Source of the DNA: Eledone cirrhosa
Lineage: Eukaryota
Assembly: GCA_964016885.1 (NCBI GenBank)
Contig: OZ024740.1
Coordinates: forward strand, 114,452,001-114,516,000
DNA length: 64,000 nt
Direction: 5' to 3'
Part shown: positions 1 to 12,899 of the stretch, in pieces
Layout: each line of letters starts with the position of its first letter
How positions within the stretch are numbered: the first letter of the stretch is position 1
The notes under the pieces: generated by a model
The model's database searches: none
What the model saw: the letters and a program-made list of their open reading frames with translations, nothing else
What the model was told of the DNA's origin: nothing
Program-made: the position numbers and the translations under genes

Positions 1-2047
1 ATTGGTGCTGGTATTATGTAGTCGTGTTGCGAAATGTCTGTGTGTTCAATTATGTAAGTCATTAGTTTCTTGTTGTGTGTATTTATTGCCGTGCATTTGT
101 TTTTATGGGGGTGGGTGTTGTTCTGCTATTTTCTTGTCGTTGTTGCTGGGTGTGTGTGTTTTGTTGTTGTGTTTGCGCTGTTGGTGCTTGTGGTGGTGGT
201 GTTGAAGGTGTTGTTGGCGGTGGGGTTGTCGCCGGTGGTGATGGTGGTGCTAGTGTGGGTGGTGATGGTGTTGGTGGTGTTGCTGCTGTGGGTCTCTTTG
301 CTGTAGACTTTACCCTTTTCTCATTTCTTTCCTCCCTTTTCAAAGGCGACGATGCGCTGCTTCTGCGTTTGTGCCTTCTTACGACCTTTTGCCATCTCTC
401 TCCCACCTCACACTCCATGTCTGATTCTGTGAGGTCGGGGAAGGGTACCAGCTCCACTCTTTCACTTGTTGTTGTTGGTGATGTTTGCACTGGAGTCTCT
501 GTTGCAGCTGCATTTGGTATTGCTGTTGTTGTTGTTAATATTTCGACTGCTGCTGCTGTTTTTGATTTCCGTGGCGTGGGTATGGGTGCCACGGACCTAT
601 CGTTCCTGGTTGCCGCTTGTCCTTTTGCTGGTAGCCGTGGAGCCGGTTTCGGAAGGAGGGGGGTTTCTCCTTTCTCAGGGTCTTCTCGTTGCAGAAGGCC
701 CTGAGGTGAGTCTTCGATCCACAGCGAAAGCATTTCGGGCGTTTTCATTCAACACTTATGGGCAGTTGAGTGCCGTTATCGAAGTCTATCACATCCGGGA
801 TAGCTTCGATGCACTCCTGGTTGGTTTGGATTAGCATCTCAATGGAGGTGCCGACCCAATCTTCTCGTACTTTTTTCTGTACTTGCAGTACAGTTGTTTT
901 GTCCTCGATTTCGACGAGGACAGACGCGACCAGCCAAGAAGGGGTCATCCCGGGGGGGACGTGGGTCAGTTTGACCCTCACAATTTTTTGCCCGCAGTAG
1001 GAGGGCACCAACACCATTTCCTCGCTCCTTAGGGTCACTACGGATTGGGCCTTTGCCTCCTGGGGTGTGGCAAATAGTACGTCTACGGTGGCATATTTTT
1101 CCGCTGCCACACAGACACCAAGGCTTTTTGTATTTGAGCCTCTGTGGCTCTTTCCACCCTACCGGATTTTGTACTTACTGTACGGTACGTGACCGTACAG
1201 TGCTGTTGGGTTTCGAAACATTTTTCCGCTGCCTTGCAGATTGCTCGGTGTCCAGTCTTTGTCACCATCTTCTTCGCTTCCTCTAATTCCTCATTTGTTA
1301 TGAGGATTGTTTCCAAGTTTTTCGCAATACCTGCAAATGAAATTGGTTTTTCTTTGCTGCTGTTGTTGTTGTTGTCGTCAGAGCTGCTGTTACTTTTGTT
1401 GTTGCTGCAGGTACTACGACTACTGCCTCCGCCGCTGTTGCTGTGGTTGTTGTTGGTGTTGCTGCTGCTAATGCTGTTGTTGTTTATGCTGCTGGTGATG
1501 CTGTTGCGGCTGCTACTGTTGTTTTCATTGTCACTGTTGCTGTTGTTATTACGGCTGCTACTGCTATTATTCCTGACGTCAGACGAATGAACTGGGTTTT
1601 CGTATTACCCGCACACCTGTTTCGTAGCTGTCGTCGTCGTCGTGGAGAAACCTTGCACGCTTTGCACGAGACTTTTCTTTTCTTTCGTCGCTTGCGAAAG
1701 AGAAGGGAGGGAGAGAGACACATTTAAAGAAGGGAGGGAGAGAGACAATCTTCTCTCTGCTGTAGTGACGATTGAGGAAAAAGAAGACGGAATGAGTGGG
1801 AGTGACCTATGCAAATTCTTTTTCGTAGCCATGTTGTTTTTTTGTTAAAAATAAATATTGGGTACAAAACCCCAATAAGCAGTTATTTAACCCCGAAGGG
1901 CCAAATAACGGACAGAAAGACCCCTCTCACGAGGAGGAGGGTGTTTTTGTCTACAAGTTGGTCTAAGTTTTAAACAATTTACAATTGTTATAGCGTTCAA
2001 AATTTACAGTACCTTACAGAGCCGAGCCTCCGTCAACCATAGCATTC
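1..2047 (-). mobile_element. Tx1/L1-clade non-LTR retrotransposon, 5' part (5' UTR plus frameshifted ORF1, running off the window start)
   Basis: ORF pieces 1605-1832, 1083-1316, 745-1110 and 83-748 (TVTYRTVS..KYATVDVLF..SYCGQKIVRV, Thr/Pro-rich) are homologous to 7735-8990 and to the ORF1 that precedes an APE-RT ORF2 at 18721-20018. The 5' end abuts (AAT)n at 2048. Confidence 0.7.

Positions 2048-2108
<61 letters not shown>
2048..2108. repeat. (AAT)n microsatellite
   Basis: Perfect trinucleotide run lying between two retroelements. Confidence 0.98.
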
Positions 2109-2952
2109 GTTTACCCCATCAGTGGTTGGCATCCTCTGGACTGAAATCGGAGACTGAAGGACTGATTATATCAGCACAAGATCAGTGACTGCCAACAAAA
2201 AATTACCAAGCCAACATAATAAAAAATAGATGCAGCCCATTATGCCGTGTATGCAAAAAACAACCAGAGACCATTGACCATATAATTTCAATGTGCAGTC
2301 CTATAGCTCCAACTGAATACCTAAACAGGCATGACATATCTGCACAATACATACATTGGATAATGTGTAAGCATTTTGACCTGCCCCATCAAAAGAATTG
2401 GTGGGAGCATCAACCACCTCCCATACTTGAAAAAGATCTCATCTCAATCTTGTGGAACTTTAGCATCCAAACAGACCGAAAAATAGATGCAAATAGACCT
2501 GATATAATATTGAAGGACTTTAAAATGAGGGCATGCCTGCTAATTGATATGTCCGTTCCAGTAGACAAGAATGTATCTATAAAAACATTTGAAAAATTGA
2601 GCAAGTATAAGGACCTGGAGATAGAAATTAGAGAAATGTGGAAATTGAGAACTAAAACAATACCAGTGGTTGTAGGCGCTCTGGGAATGATACCTAAGGG
2701 GTCTAATGATTACTTATCGCAAATCCCAGGAAAGCCGCGTATAGGAGAAATACAAAAGATAGTACTAATGGGAATTGCCCATATACTAAGGAAGATTCTG
2801 TCAATATAAGTACATCACAAGTCTAAACACTAAAGATGCATGTGTGAGTATGTATGTTCTTTCTTGAACATGGCGGACCTTGTTGTCTCTTGAGGTCACT
2901 GGTTGTGACTTGGTGATAACTCGTATGAACATAAAGCAAGATAAATGCAACT

Positions 2953-2992
<40 letters not shown>
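2109..2992 (+). mobile_element. 5'-truncated R4/Dong-clade RLE retrotransposon (CCHC zinc knuckle plus restriction-like endonuclease) with (TAA)n tail
   Basis: WLASSGLKSETEG..AQDQ, CRVC..ETIDHIISMC, RHD, NRPDII..LIDMSVP, K..KY.DL, PVVVGALG (ORF 2291-2809). Flanked by (AAT)n on both sides. Confidence 0.88.
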
Positions 2993-2994
<2 letters not shown>

Positions 2995-3570
2995 GGGAAG
3001 TTACGCACATGCTGGATAGAGTGTTATGGAATCACTCCCGTAAGTTTTTGATTTTTTACATATTTAAAACAATTGTGATACAATAGTTCTTATTACAAGT
3101 GGAGCATGAGATATCAGGAAGTGGCAACGCATCACATTATGACATAGGTCTCCAATATTTAATATTTACTTTTGTACCAGAAATTTTATAGTCAGAAAAG
3201 AAAAAGCTAGAAAACAACAGCGAAATAACTTCACCACCAACACCATCACCGCCGCCGCCACCATCACCATCACCACTACCACAACAAATCTAGCCAAATA
3301 CAAATCAGCACCATCCCTATAGTACTGCTATCCCATCACCACCGCCACCACTGCATCATCGCTACCACCACTATTCCCTCACCACTTAAGAGAGGGATGG
3401 TAGTAGTGCCGCTACACATGAAAAGAAGCGAGGAAGGTATCAAAAGATATAAATAGACTGGGTTAGTGACTCGGTCAAACAGCTAACTACAACAATAACA
3501 ACAGCAAAATAATTATGTTGTATCTCTAAACTCTCTCAAAATGTTTAGTTTAAACGATGTCTAATCTAAA
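2993..3570 (+). mobile_element. Retroelement leader segment (Tx1-like 5' UTR plus degraded C/A-rich ORF1 start), homologous to 55862-56520
   Basis: Shared blocks GGGAAG..CTCCCGTAAGTTTT, a CAC-rich tract and GAGGAAGG(T/C)ATCAAAA(G/T)ATATA(A/G)ATAGACT in both copies; each starts right after (AAT)n. Confidence 0.55.
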
Positions 3571-3589
3571 CTATAATATAATAATAATA

Positions 3590-3725
3590 ATTGTTTCTGC
3601 TTTTGGCACGGGGCCAGAAATTGCCCCGGTGTGTTGCTGGTGCTTTGTTTTATCCGCCCCATAAGGATGAAAGGAAAAATAAAAATAATAATTGTTTCTA
3701 CTTTTGGCACAAGGCCAGCAAATTA
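3590..3725 (-). mobile_element. SINE 3' fragments (octopod-type tRNA-derived SINE)
   Basis: TTGTTTCTACTTTTGGCACAAGGCCAGCAA and AAGGATGAAAGG motifs shared with the fuller SINE copies at 15-15.5, 27.5 and 52.3 kb. Confidence 0.7.
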
Positions 3726-3729
3726 GCCA

Positions 3730-6700
3730 GCAAATGGAGAGTGGAGTATGCCAGGCAAATGAGGCAGTGGGAAATGAAGGTAAAGAGGTTGAGAGACCGG
3801 AGGAAGCATCCGAAGCAGACAATGATCTGAATGCTGACATAAATAACATCTGGAACAAAGGTGTGGCCATTGAGGAAATGAATGCTGACGGGCTAGGACA
3901 AGATTTGGTTGATATCCTAAACTTAGTGGTAGATGAAATGAACAATGATATTCGGAAACCTATGAACCTAAGATTTGTAGACAGGAAAAAGTTAAAAGAA
4001 ACAACAGCTAAGGTAAATAAAGTCATCCCATACCTTGAGGCGAGAAACCTTCACCAATGCAACAATATCCTCAAAGCAGCAGCAAATGCGGTGAGGAAAT
4101 TACTTGGCATAAAAACGAGAGGAAACAACAAAGAAGAAAGATCAGAACCTTGGTGGACGAAACGACTGAATGGTCAAATCAGGGAAATGAGAAATGACGT
4201 TGAAAGCTTGAGTCCCTACTGAATGGGACACTACACAACATAGACACTAAAAATAGACAGGAAATAAAGTACAAAACTAGGAGGAAAAAGCTAAATATTA
4301 TCATAGAGGAACTGAAGCAACGCATTGTAGCAAAGAGTGCAAAGATTAGGCGGTATAAGAGCAGAGTCAGTCAGTATAGACAGAACCGCATGTTTGAAAA
4401 CAACCAGAAGATGTTGTTTGAGTAGCTTGAATGGAAAGAAAGAGGCAACGACTTGATCCCTGCGGCGGGACAGACTAAGACATTCTGAAGAGGAATATGG
4501 GAGCTGAATGTTGAACATAATGATCAGGCAGTGTGGATTGAGACAGTACAAAGGGAGATTAATGAACAAGCACACCAACAAACTGATTTAAGTATCACAG
4601 TTGAAACTCTTAAATGGCAGTCCAGAAAACTAACCAACTGGAAATCACCAGGCCCAGATGGTGTGCAGGGGTATTGGATTAAAAATATAACATCCCTCCA
4701 CCCGAAACTGACAACCATGTTCAATGACTGCTTGATGTCGAGTGAGGTACCAGAGTGGTTGACAAAGGGTACCACAGTCCTGGTAATGAAAGACCGAATC
4801 AAGGTTAATGATGTTACCAACTATAGACCTATCACATGTCTATCCGTAATGTGGAAACTGTTGACAAGCATTGTGTCTGAGGAAATCTACCATCACCTCC
4901 ACACAAACAACTTGTTACCGGACGAACAGAAAGGCTGCCGAAAGAAGTCCCGTGGTACAAAAGACCAGCTACTTATTGATAAGATGGTAATGAGGAATTG
5001 CAAGAGGAGACACACTGGTCTTGCCATGGGATGGATAGACTACAAAAAGGCATTCGACATGGTACCTCATTCTTGGTTTACCAAAAGCCTAGAGATCTTC
5101 AAGGGGGCAGATAACATCAGACAGTTGTTGAGCAAAAGTATGAAGTTCTGGGAAACAGAATTAACATCGGGTGGAGAATCCTTGTGGAGGCGTGAAGATC
5201 AAGAGAGGTATCTTCCAGGGAGATAGTCTGTCCCCTCTGTTGTTTGTCCTGGCCCTGATACCCCTGACCATTATATTGCGAAAAGTGAGACAGGATACAC
5301 GTTGGGAACCACCATCAACCACCTCCTCTTCATGGACAATCTTAAGCTCTTTGGAAAGAGTGAGAAGGAGTTGGATGTACTTGTTGACACTGTGTTACTT
5401 TCAGCAGCGATATATGTATGCAATTTAGTATTAATAAGTGTGGAGTTCTAGTGACGAAGAGGGGTAAATTCAGCAGAAGAAACGGAATCCAGGTACCAAC
5501 AGGTGAGATGATAAAGGAAATTGACACTGAAGAAGGATACAAGTATTTGGGCGTTCTGGAGGCTGATGGCATAAAGAACAAAAAAATGAAGGAATTGTTA
5601 AGAACTGAATACATTCGGAGAGTAAGGAGCGTATTGAAGTCACATCTGAACAGCAGAAATGCCTTAAGTGCAGTGAATTCCCGAGCTGTGTCTATTATTA
5701 GGTACAGTGCGGGAATTCTGAAATGGAATGTTGCTGAACAAAAAGAAATGGATAGGAAGACTAGGAAGCTATTGACTATCTACAACATGTTCCAGAAGTG
5801 GAGTGATGTCGATAGACTCTACTTAAAGAGATCTGAAGGTGGAAGAGGTCTTATCAGCATAGAGGACTGTGTTCAGATGGAGAAAAACAACCTGCACAAA
5901 TACGTGACTGACACTAGGGAGCCAATGCTCAGAATTTTGCTGAATTAGAGAACAATAGACCAGGGGTTGCCCAAGGAGGAAATAACAACAAGGAGGAAGA
6001 CCAGCCTTCATGAAAAATCCCTTCATAATACCTTCTTTCAGAAAACTGAATTTAGAGATCCACAGACATGGAACTGGTTAAAAAGAGGAGACCTTAAAAA
6101 GGCTACAGAAGGAAAGCTAATGGCTGCGGAAGAGAAAGCACGCAAAATGAAGTTGGAGAAACACCATATTTACAAGATGGAGGCTGGTCCAATGTGTAGG
6201 ATCTGTGGAGAGAGGAGACTGTGGCTCATATTGTATCCAAGTGTAAACACCTAGCTCAGACTCACTATAAAGGCTGGAGACAAGATGTGATGGGCAGGGT
6301 GATCCACTGGCACTTGTGCAAAATAAAGAATTTAGTGGTATGAGCATAAGCCAGAGTCGGTGATAGAAAACGATCAGGTGAAGGTGCTATGGGATTTTAG
6401 GATACAGACAGACAAGAAACTGGAACACAATAGACCTGACCTGGTGGTTTTGGACAAGAAGAAAAGATCGTGCCTGATTGTAGACGTAGCCTGCCCATTT
6501 GACACGAGAGTTCAAGAAAAGCAGAGGGAGAAAATTAACCGATACCAGGACTTAAAGTGGGAGGTAAAAAGGATTTGGAACTACAATGAAGTCAAAGTGA
6601 TCCCGATTGTCATAGGCGCACTAGGGACTATCTCAAAAAGTTTCCAGGGATGGTTAAAGAAAATTAGTCCAGCTCCGCTTTTTGGAACACTTCAAAAGGC

Positions 6701-6829
6701 ATGCTTGCTGGGAACAGCAAGAACGCTCCGATACGTCCTGAATATCTGAGGCTGCAGGTAGTGGATTGATATTCATTCCAACAAACTTTCCAGTAAAATA
6801 ACATCAATGACTGAGACTCAAAGAACAAC

Positions 6830-6868
<39 letters not shown>
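3730..6868 (+). mobile_element. Degenerate R4/Dong-clade retrotransposon (RT plus CCHC plus RLE), same family as 56943-60470
   Basis: KSPGPDG, NYRPITCL, EQKG, IDYKKAFD, GIFQGDSLSPLLF, YKYLG, GGRGL, CRICG, NRPDLV..DVACPFD. Multiple stops and frameshifts; (AAT)n tail at 6822-6868. Confidence 0.93.
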
Positions 6869-6869
<1 letters not shown>

Positions 6870-7678
6870 TTTTCTTTATTAACCACAAGGGTTTACATAA
6901 AGTAGACATTAAGGACAGTACAGGACAATACAGGACGGTACAAATGGGCATTTCTGCGTGTAAAAAAAACGGAGGTTGAAATAAAATAACAAAGAAAAAT
7001 TCCCCAATAGGGGGGAGACTTCCGAGGGACATTTGTGGAGAAAGCCCATTAAAAGACCACAGTGGCCCTGACCACCAGGGCAAGTGCCCTCTCCCAGTTT
7101 TCCACCTTTAATTTACAAACACATACTCAGAGAAGGCCCATTCATTCGGGCCATACTTGCTTCTCTCACCCATCTTTCAACAAAATGCTGGGAAGAGAGC
7201 ACTTCCCTCTCTACCCTGATTTTCCTTTTCAAATGAAATTTGAAAAAGTTAATCAGGGCATCACCGAAGAGGTAAGTGCTCGTCTTCAGCCCTTTCAAAC
7301 GTGTCCACCATACTATCTCTTTCGCCATGGCCACCAGACAGATAAAAACTGCTTGCCCTTCCCGGCTAAAGGAAGGGCCCTTGTGCAACTAGTCATTGCA
7401 TCCCGTACTTCAGCGGTTGTTATCGGCTTTTCGCAACACTCCGCCTCAGTGGCCGAAAGCCGCGGCAGTCCATCGAGGTAGACACTAAAGTCCATCCCTC
7501 CATCCGGCCCGCCACTGCCCCCGAACAGTTGAGCGAAGTGTCGCTGAAAAGCTTCACACATTTGCCCGGGATCGAGTAGCATGCGCCCGTCGTGGTCCAC
7601 CAAAGACCGGATCGTGGCTTTGTTGCCACGACGCGCCTCCGCCACTCGGGCCCATTGAACGGCTTTCGTCCCCTCGTG

Positions 7679-7679
<1 letters not shown>
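6869..7679 (-). mobile_element. Tx1-like element remnant: ORF2 linker fused directly to the ORF2 C-terminus (RT deleted), plus 3' UTR
   Basis: TIRSLVD..FQRHFAQLF..LPRLS..EKPITTAEV joined to AMAKEIVWWTRLKGL..ERWV..NGPSL. The 3' end CCCTTGTGGTTAATAAAGAAA runs into (ATT)n; microsatellite at both ends. Confidence 0.8.
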
Positions 7680-7716
<37 letters not shown>

Positions 7717-7734
7717 TAATAATATTTAATAAAT

Positions 7735-8990
7735 GGTCGTCCTGTTCTCGATTCCAGCAAGGACAGACGCGGCCAACCAAGGTATGGGCACGTCCGGTGG
7801 GACCTGGATCACTTTGACCCTCACAATTTTCTGCCCGCAGTAGGAGGGCACCAACACTATCTCCTCACTCTTTAGGGTTTCCAAAGAGTGAGACTTCGCT
7901 TCCTGGGGTTGGCGAAAAGTACGTCTACTGTGGCGTACTTTTTACCTAGGGTGATGTGGGTTTTGCATATCCAGACGCACCCCAAGGTCTTTTGGATATG
8001 AGCCTCCGTGGCTCTCTCCACCCGATGTGAGATTTTTCTTACGGTGCGGTAAGTCAGCGTCCGTAGCTGCTGGTCCTTGAAAAAATCGGGTGGCGGTTTC
8101 AGGGAGACTCTATTGGCGCTTCTTGTCACCATGGCCCTTGCGACTGCCATCTCCTCCTATGTGACTAACACTGTCTCGATATTTCGGGCGACACCTACAA
8201 AAGAAGTAGTCCCTTTTTCAGCAGCACCACTATTGCTGCCGCTACTGGTCTTACTGCTGGTGCTGAGATCGCTGTTACAGGTATGGATGTCATTGTTGAG
8301 GTTTTCGTTGGTACAGTTTTTGGTGTTGTTGTTGTTGTTTTCGTTGATACTGTTGCTGTTGTTACTGTTATTGTGGCTGTTGTTATTATTGTTGTTTTTG
8401 TTGATACTGTTCCTACTATTATTGTTGTGGCTGTTGTTATTGTCATTGTTATTGTCGTTCTCGACATTACCGCTATTATTTTTGTTATTGTCGTTCTCGA
8501 TTTTACCGCTGTTAATTTTGTTTATTGCTGTTGTTATTGATGGTGTTGTTGTTGGTGCTGTTGTTGGTGTTGTTGTTGGTGCTGTTGTTGGTGTTGTTGT
8601 TGGTGTTATTGTTGGTGTTGTTTGTGTTAGAAATATTTGGTAATTTTAAATCTGTAACAATTCTCTTTTCCTTGTAATATTTTCATTTACCTCCGCTGGG
8701 ACGCTGTCTTGTTGACATGCTGATAAAGTCTCCATCTCTTTGTGTTGTCTGACAGCGCTCTCTCTCTTTCTTGTGTTATCCATGTTGACATTTTTTTTCA
8801 AAAAATATTTTTACACAAATACCACACCCCGTAAAGGGGTGCCGTATTATTTACGAGTGAACCCCTGTATTAGGTGGGTCGCTTCTAAACTTTTATCAAA
8901 TTTAAAACTTGAATAAAAGGTTTAGAACGGTTGAAAACGAGGTAAAATTTGAAAAAAAATTGTGGAGGCGATAAGAAGCGTGGCTTCACC
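7735..8990 (-). mobile_element. Tx1-like element 5' fragment (5' UTR plus degraded ORF1)
   Basis: LTYRTVRK..RVERATEAHIQKTLG..KYATVDVLF; nucleotide similarity of 7740-7930 to 890-1100. Bounded by (AAT/AAC)n. Confidence 0.7.
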
Positions 8991-10199
8991 AACAACAACA
9001 ATAATAATAATAACAACAACAACAATGATAATAATAATTTCGATAATGGAATTTATTCCCGCTGTTATTATTTCAGTTGCCTTTGCATTTTTCTATGCTA
9101 AAGTGTATAGTGAAATACTCTTTAGAAATTCAAGTAGGCAGAGACAATAATGTTTGTAAATATTTCAGTTTTATCAAAATAAACTATACATGAATCTTGT
9201 TTGAACCACTCTCAATAAGAAAAAAATGTTATATAAGTATTTCTTTTTCCACTTATTCATATTACATTATTTCCTATTATGGTATCATTTGCGTTATATC
9301 TTGTTATTCGGATGGAAGGAAAGCTCCATAATTTACATGTTACAAATTCTGCTTTTCTATTATATTTTGAGACTTTATGTTGCCACAAATGTCATCATGC
9401 CGACGTTAAGATGTCTTTATCATTCATATCTATAGTAATATGTTTACAACTGTAACAGCTTCCACGATGATGACAACAGTAAAAACAAGAGCAGCATATT
9501 ATGACAACAGAAAAATAAAGCAAAAATTATGTTCTGACGTCGTTCAACGGATAATATCGAATAACTAAAAACAAATAAAATATATACCGATTTTTATGTT
9601 ATTCAATTTATAAGCTGGCGTATTAGAATTATTTTTATCGTTCTGTGTCTCAAGTTCAACTCTCGTAAAGAATATTGTTGCTAGTTTGTGTTGCTAGAAG
9701 TATATTTCATTTAAACAAAGTCCGCTAGATTAAAGGTGATGATATTACCAGTTATATAGATGCATTAAACATATTTTATATTGTTGATCAATATACGGTA
9801 TAAAATGAGAAACCGTTTTTTTAATAGAACAAAATTAGTGATTAGTTAAACTAAGGCATTTCATCGAAAGCAAAAGGCAACAGTGTCAAAGTTTACTATT
9901 GGTGGTCCTTCATATCCCTTTCTCACGCTGTTTGCGACGTAATTTCTCCTTATCCGGCTGAAAAAATTATGAATGGAAATAGTAATCATTTTTCATTTAG
10001 AAAGTTAATATTTTTACTACGATGTTTTTACACTTCAGATATATGAATGTAATTTTTAGTTTCACGAATACGGTAAATAATATCCTTCTCTCTTAAATTG
10101 TACATTTTTGTCCGATAATAGATATAATTATTTACACATATTATATATAATAACTAACCGACATGGAAACACACAACATAGCAGACTGTCTGCCATGAC

Positions 10200-11780
10200 C
10201 TACAATCAGTAGTTCCTGCGCTGGCAGGAATCGGCCTCCAGGTCAACTCAGCGAAGTCGGAGTTGGTGAATGTCAACCACAATGTTGAGAGCTTTGCAGC
10301 CTCCGTCTCGGACGGGCGGTCCATTCTCCACCAGGTACAGGTGACCTATAAAGAGGATTTCCTCATCCTCGCGTGACCGATCCACCCGCCGGCCATCCGC
10401 ACCACCATCAGATCCAGGCTTCAACAACTCCAGACTCTATCGAGCCGACTGGGCGTGATCGATGGCCACTTAGCCCTCTTTCTGTTGAGGAACTACTTCG
10501 CCATGCCGAAGCTCCTCTATACCCTTCGCAGCGTTCCATGCTACACTCACACATCTTTCTTCGTTGACCTCGATACTTGTATCCGAGAAGCAGCCGAGGA
10601 GATATGCAACGTCAAGTTTGACGACATTGGATGGCAACAGGCCACTTTACATGTCAGGTATGGCGGCCTTGGCCTCCGGTCCCCGATCTCACTGGTTTTG
10701 CCAGCGTATCTTTCGTTGATAACCTCGTCTTGCGTGCTCGTCAGCAGGGTTCTCCGAAACACAATAGAACCCTCTGTATTCAGAGAACGTGAGGCCACCT
10801 GTGAGACGTGGGACCAGCTGGGACTCAGCTCAGTAGACGTCCCTCCTCCTTCTCCCCTGTTGACGTTAACTCCGCCCAAAGCACTTGGGTGCAGCCTAGC
10901 CTCAGACAGGCTCACGCGCCAGCTCGACCAGCACCGTCTTGCCTGTTTTCGTGCGGCCTCCAAACCCCACAGTGGTGCCTGGCTCCATGCCCTGCCCTCC
11001 TTCTCCACTGGCACGCAGCTAGACAATAATAGCCTGTACATTGGCGTTTCCTTGAGGCTCGGCCTCCGGATCTGCGAGCAACACTAATGTCGCTGCGGAT
11101 ACACCGTGGACCCTTTCGGCCTCCACCCGCATTCCTGTCACCACAGTGCCGGCCGGCTTCCACGCCATGCTGCCCTCAACGATGTCATAAACATGGCTTG
11201 GACGCTTCCTTTCCCAGCTCGAGCCGGTGGGGCTGGACCAAGGAGACGGCAAAAGGCCAGATGGCATGGCCATCTTCCCGTTCCGCTGTGGTAAACCCCT
11301 CGTCTGTGATGCCACTTGCACCGACACTTTCTGCAGCCGCAACCTGGTGCAGTCTGCGATTAACCCGAGTTCTGCTGCTTCGGGCTAAGGAGGCTAAACT
11401 CCTCAAATACCGGTTGCTCTCCGACAGGTTTGCGGTTGTACCCCTGGCAGTGGAGACTTCTGGTGTGCTTGGCCCTAGAGCTACCTCCCTATTCACCACC
11501 ATAGGCGCTGAGCTGGCCAGCCGCAGGTGTGAGCCCCGCGAGTTGGAGTGGCTACTCCAGCACGTCTCCCTTGCTGTCCTCCGGGGAAACGCCTTCACCA
11601 TTCTGACCGCCGGGGCTGTGTGTGAGTGGGAGGGTGGGGGAGGGGGCATATCGTTTTAATTCCATATCTAGTCGTGGTCGGTGTGTGTGTTTGATTGTAT
11701 ATATTACTTTTGTTTTCATTCAGCATAATGTCATTCTTTATTGCTTTTCTCTAATATTATCTTCCATCAAAATAAAGTAC
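10200..11780 (+). mobile_element. CRE-clade-like RLE non-LTR retrotransposon, 3' part, degenerate
   Basis: PKLLYTLRS, WQQATL..GGLGLR, SGAWL, LRLGL.IC..CRCG..H..SC, RHAALNDVI, KRPDG, DATC.DT, PLAVETSG, LAVLRGNA. Confidence 0.8.
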
Positions 11781-12769
11781 TGATTAGAAATATATAAAAC
11801 AAAAAAAAAGCGCACAGATGATAGCGTACACAATCACTAAGAGGAGCAAAAACACATAAGCAAATCGTCACAGAAGATATTGTTTGCAATATACAATATC
11901 AATATACAACCCTTAAAGAACATACTATAAGCAATCACTAATTGACACTAAAACACATAACACAACCAGCATAGATGATAGTTCACACAATCACAAACAG
12001 AAATTAAAACACCAGAAACCTTCCAGAGCGCGTACTGCTCAAACTACAGCACAAAGTACGACGTTCAGAAAACAAATCCAATAATAACAACGATACAAAA
12101 TATTACAGTTCATATTACACATACACTACTCAAACGACAAAACACCAGAAACATAATGAACCCAATAGTAAAATATTATAAATGCTGTCATATAATTCTA
12201 TACTTCAAAACGTCAATACTACCTACCCTTTAGAAAAACGAAAGGGTAGATGTTGGTGCAGTAGAGACACGCCTGAAAGATTTGGAAAAGCGATAAAGTT
12301 AATAATTATAATATAAAGTCTAAAAAGAATAAATGAAAACTTATAAAGCGCAAGGATCTTGAAATTGAAAATCTGAGGCATAAAAGTAGAAACAGAATAA
12401 ATATTGATTGAAGCAAGATGTATTATAAAGAACATGAAAAGATATATAAAACAATTATCAAGATTTCCATCTTTACATATAATTTTATAAATATAGTTTT
12501 AAAAAACAAGATGTTAGGTACAATCCACATCTTAAATCAATATCACAACAAACTTTAATAAACATTCTGCACATGCCATACAACATATACATAATCAAAG
12601 CAATGATATATTATACGCACTATACTAATATCAACTCACGTTGTACACACACTGCAAAATCAACAGATTAAAACTCAAAAGTAACACCATAAAAATAAGA
12701 GCAAGCTAAATCCCTAGCAAATGGCACTACTACTGCTGCTGGTAAAAATAATAATAACAATGGTATGTG

Positions 12770-12890
12770 ATTTAGGCACAAGGTCAACAATTTTGGAGGG
12801 GGGAAAAGTTGATTTAATCGGATCCATTGCATTACTGGTGCTTTTTTATCGACCCCGTAAGGATGAAAAGCAAATCTGACCTTACTGGAG
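12770..12890 (-). mobile_element. SINE fragment
   Basis: GGCACAAGG..ACTGGT..TTTATCGACCCCGTAAGGATGAAA motif. Confidence 0.7.
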
Positions 12891-12899
12891 CACACATTT

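Noticed and set aside
1144-1590. Leu/Val-rich membrane-like ORFs (also 70-306 and 8077-8643)
   Set aside because: Antisense translations of CAA/CAG-rich Tx1 ORF1 sequence.
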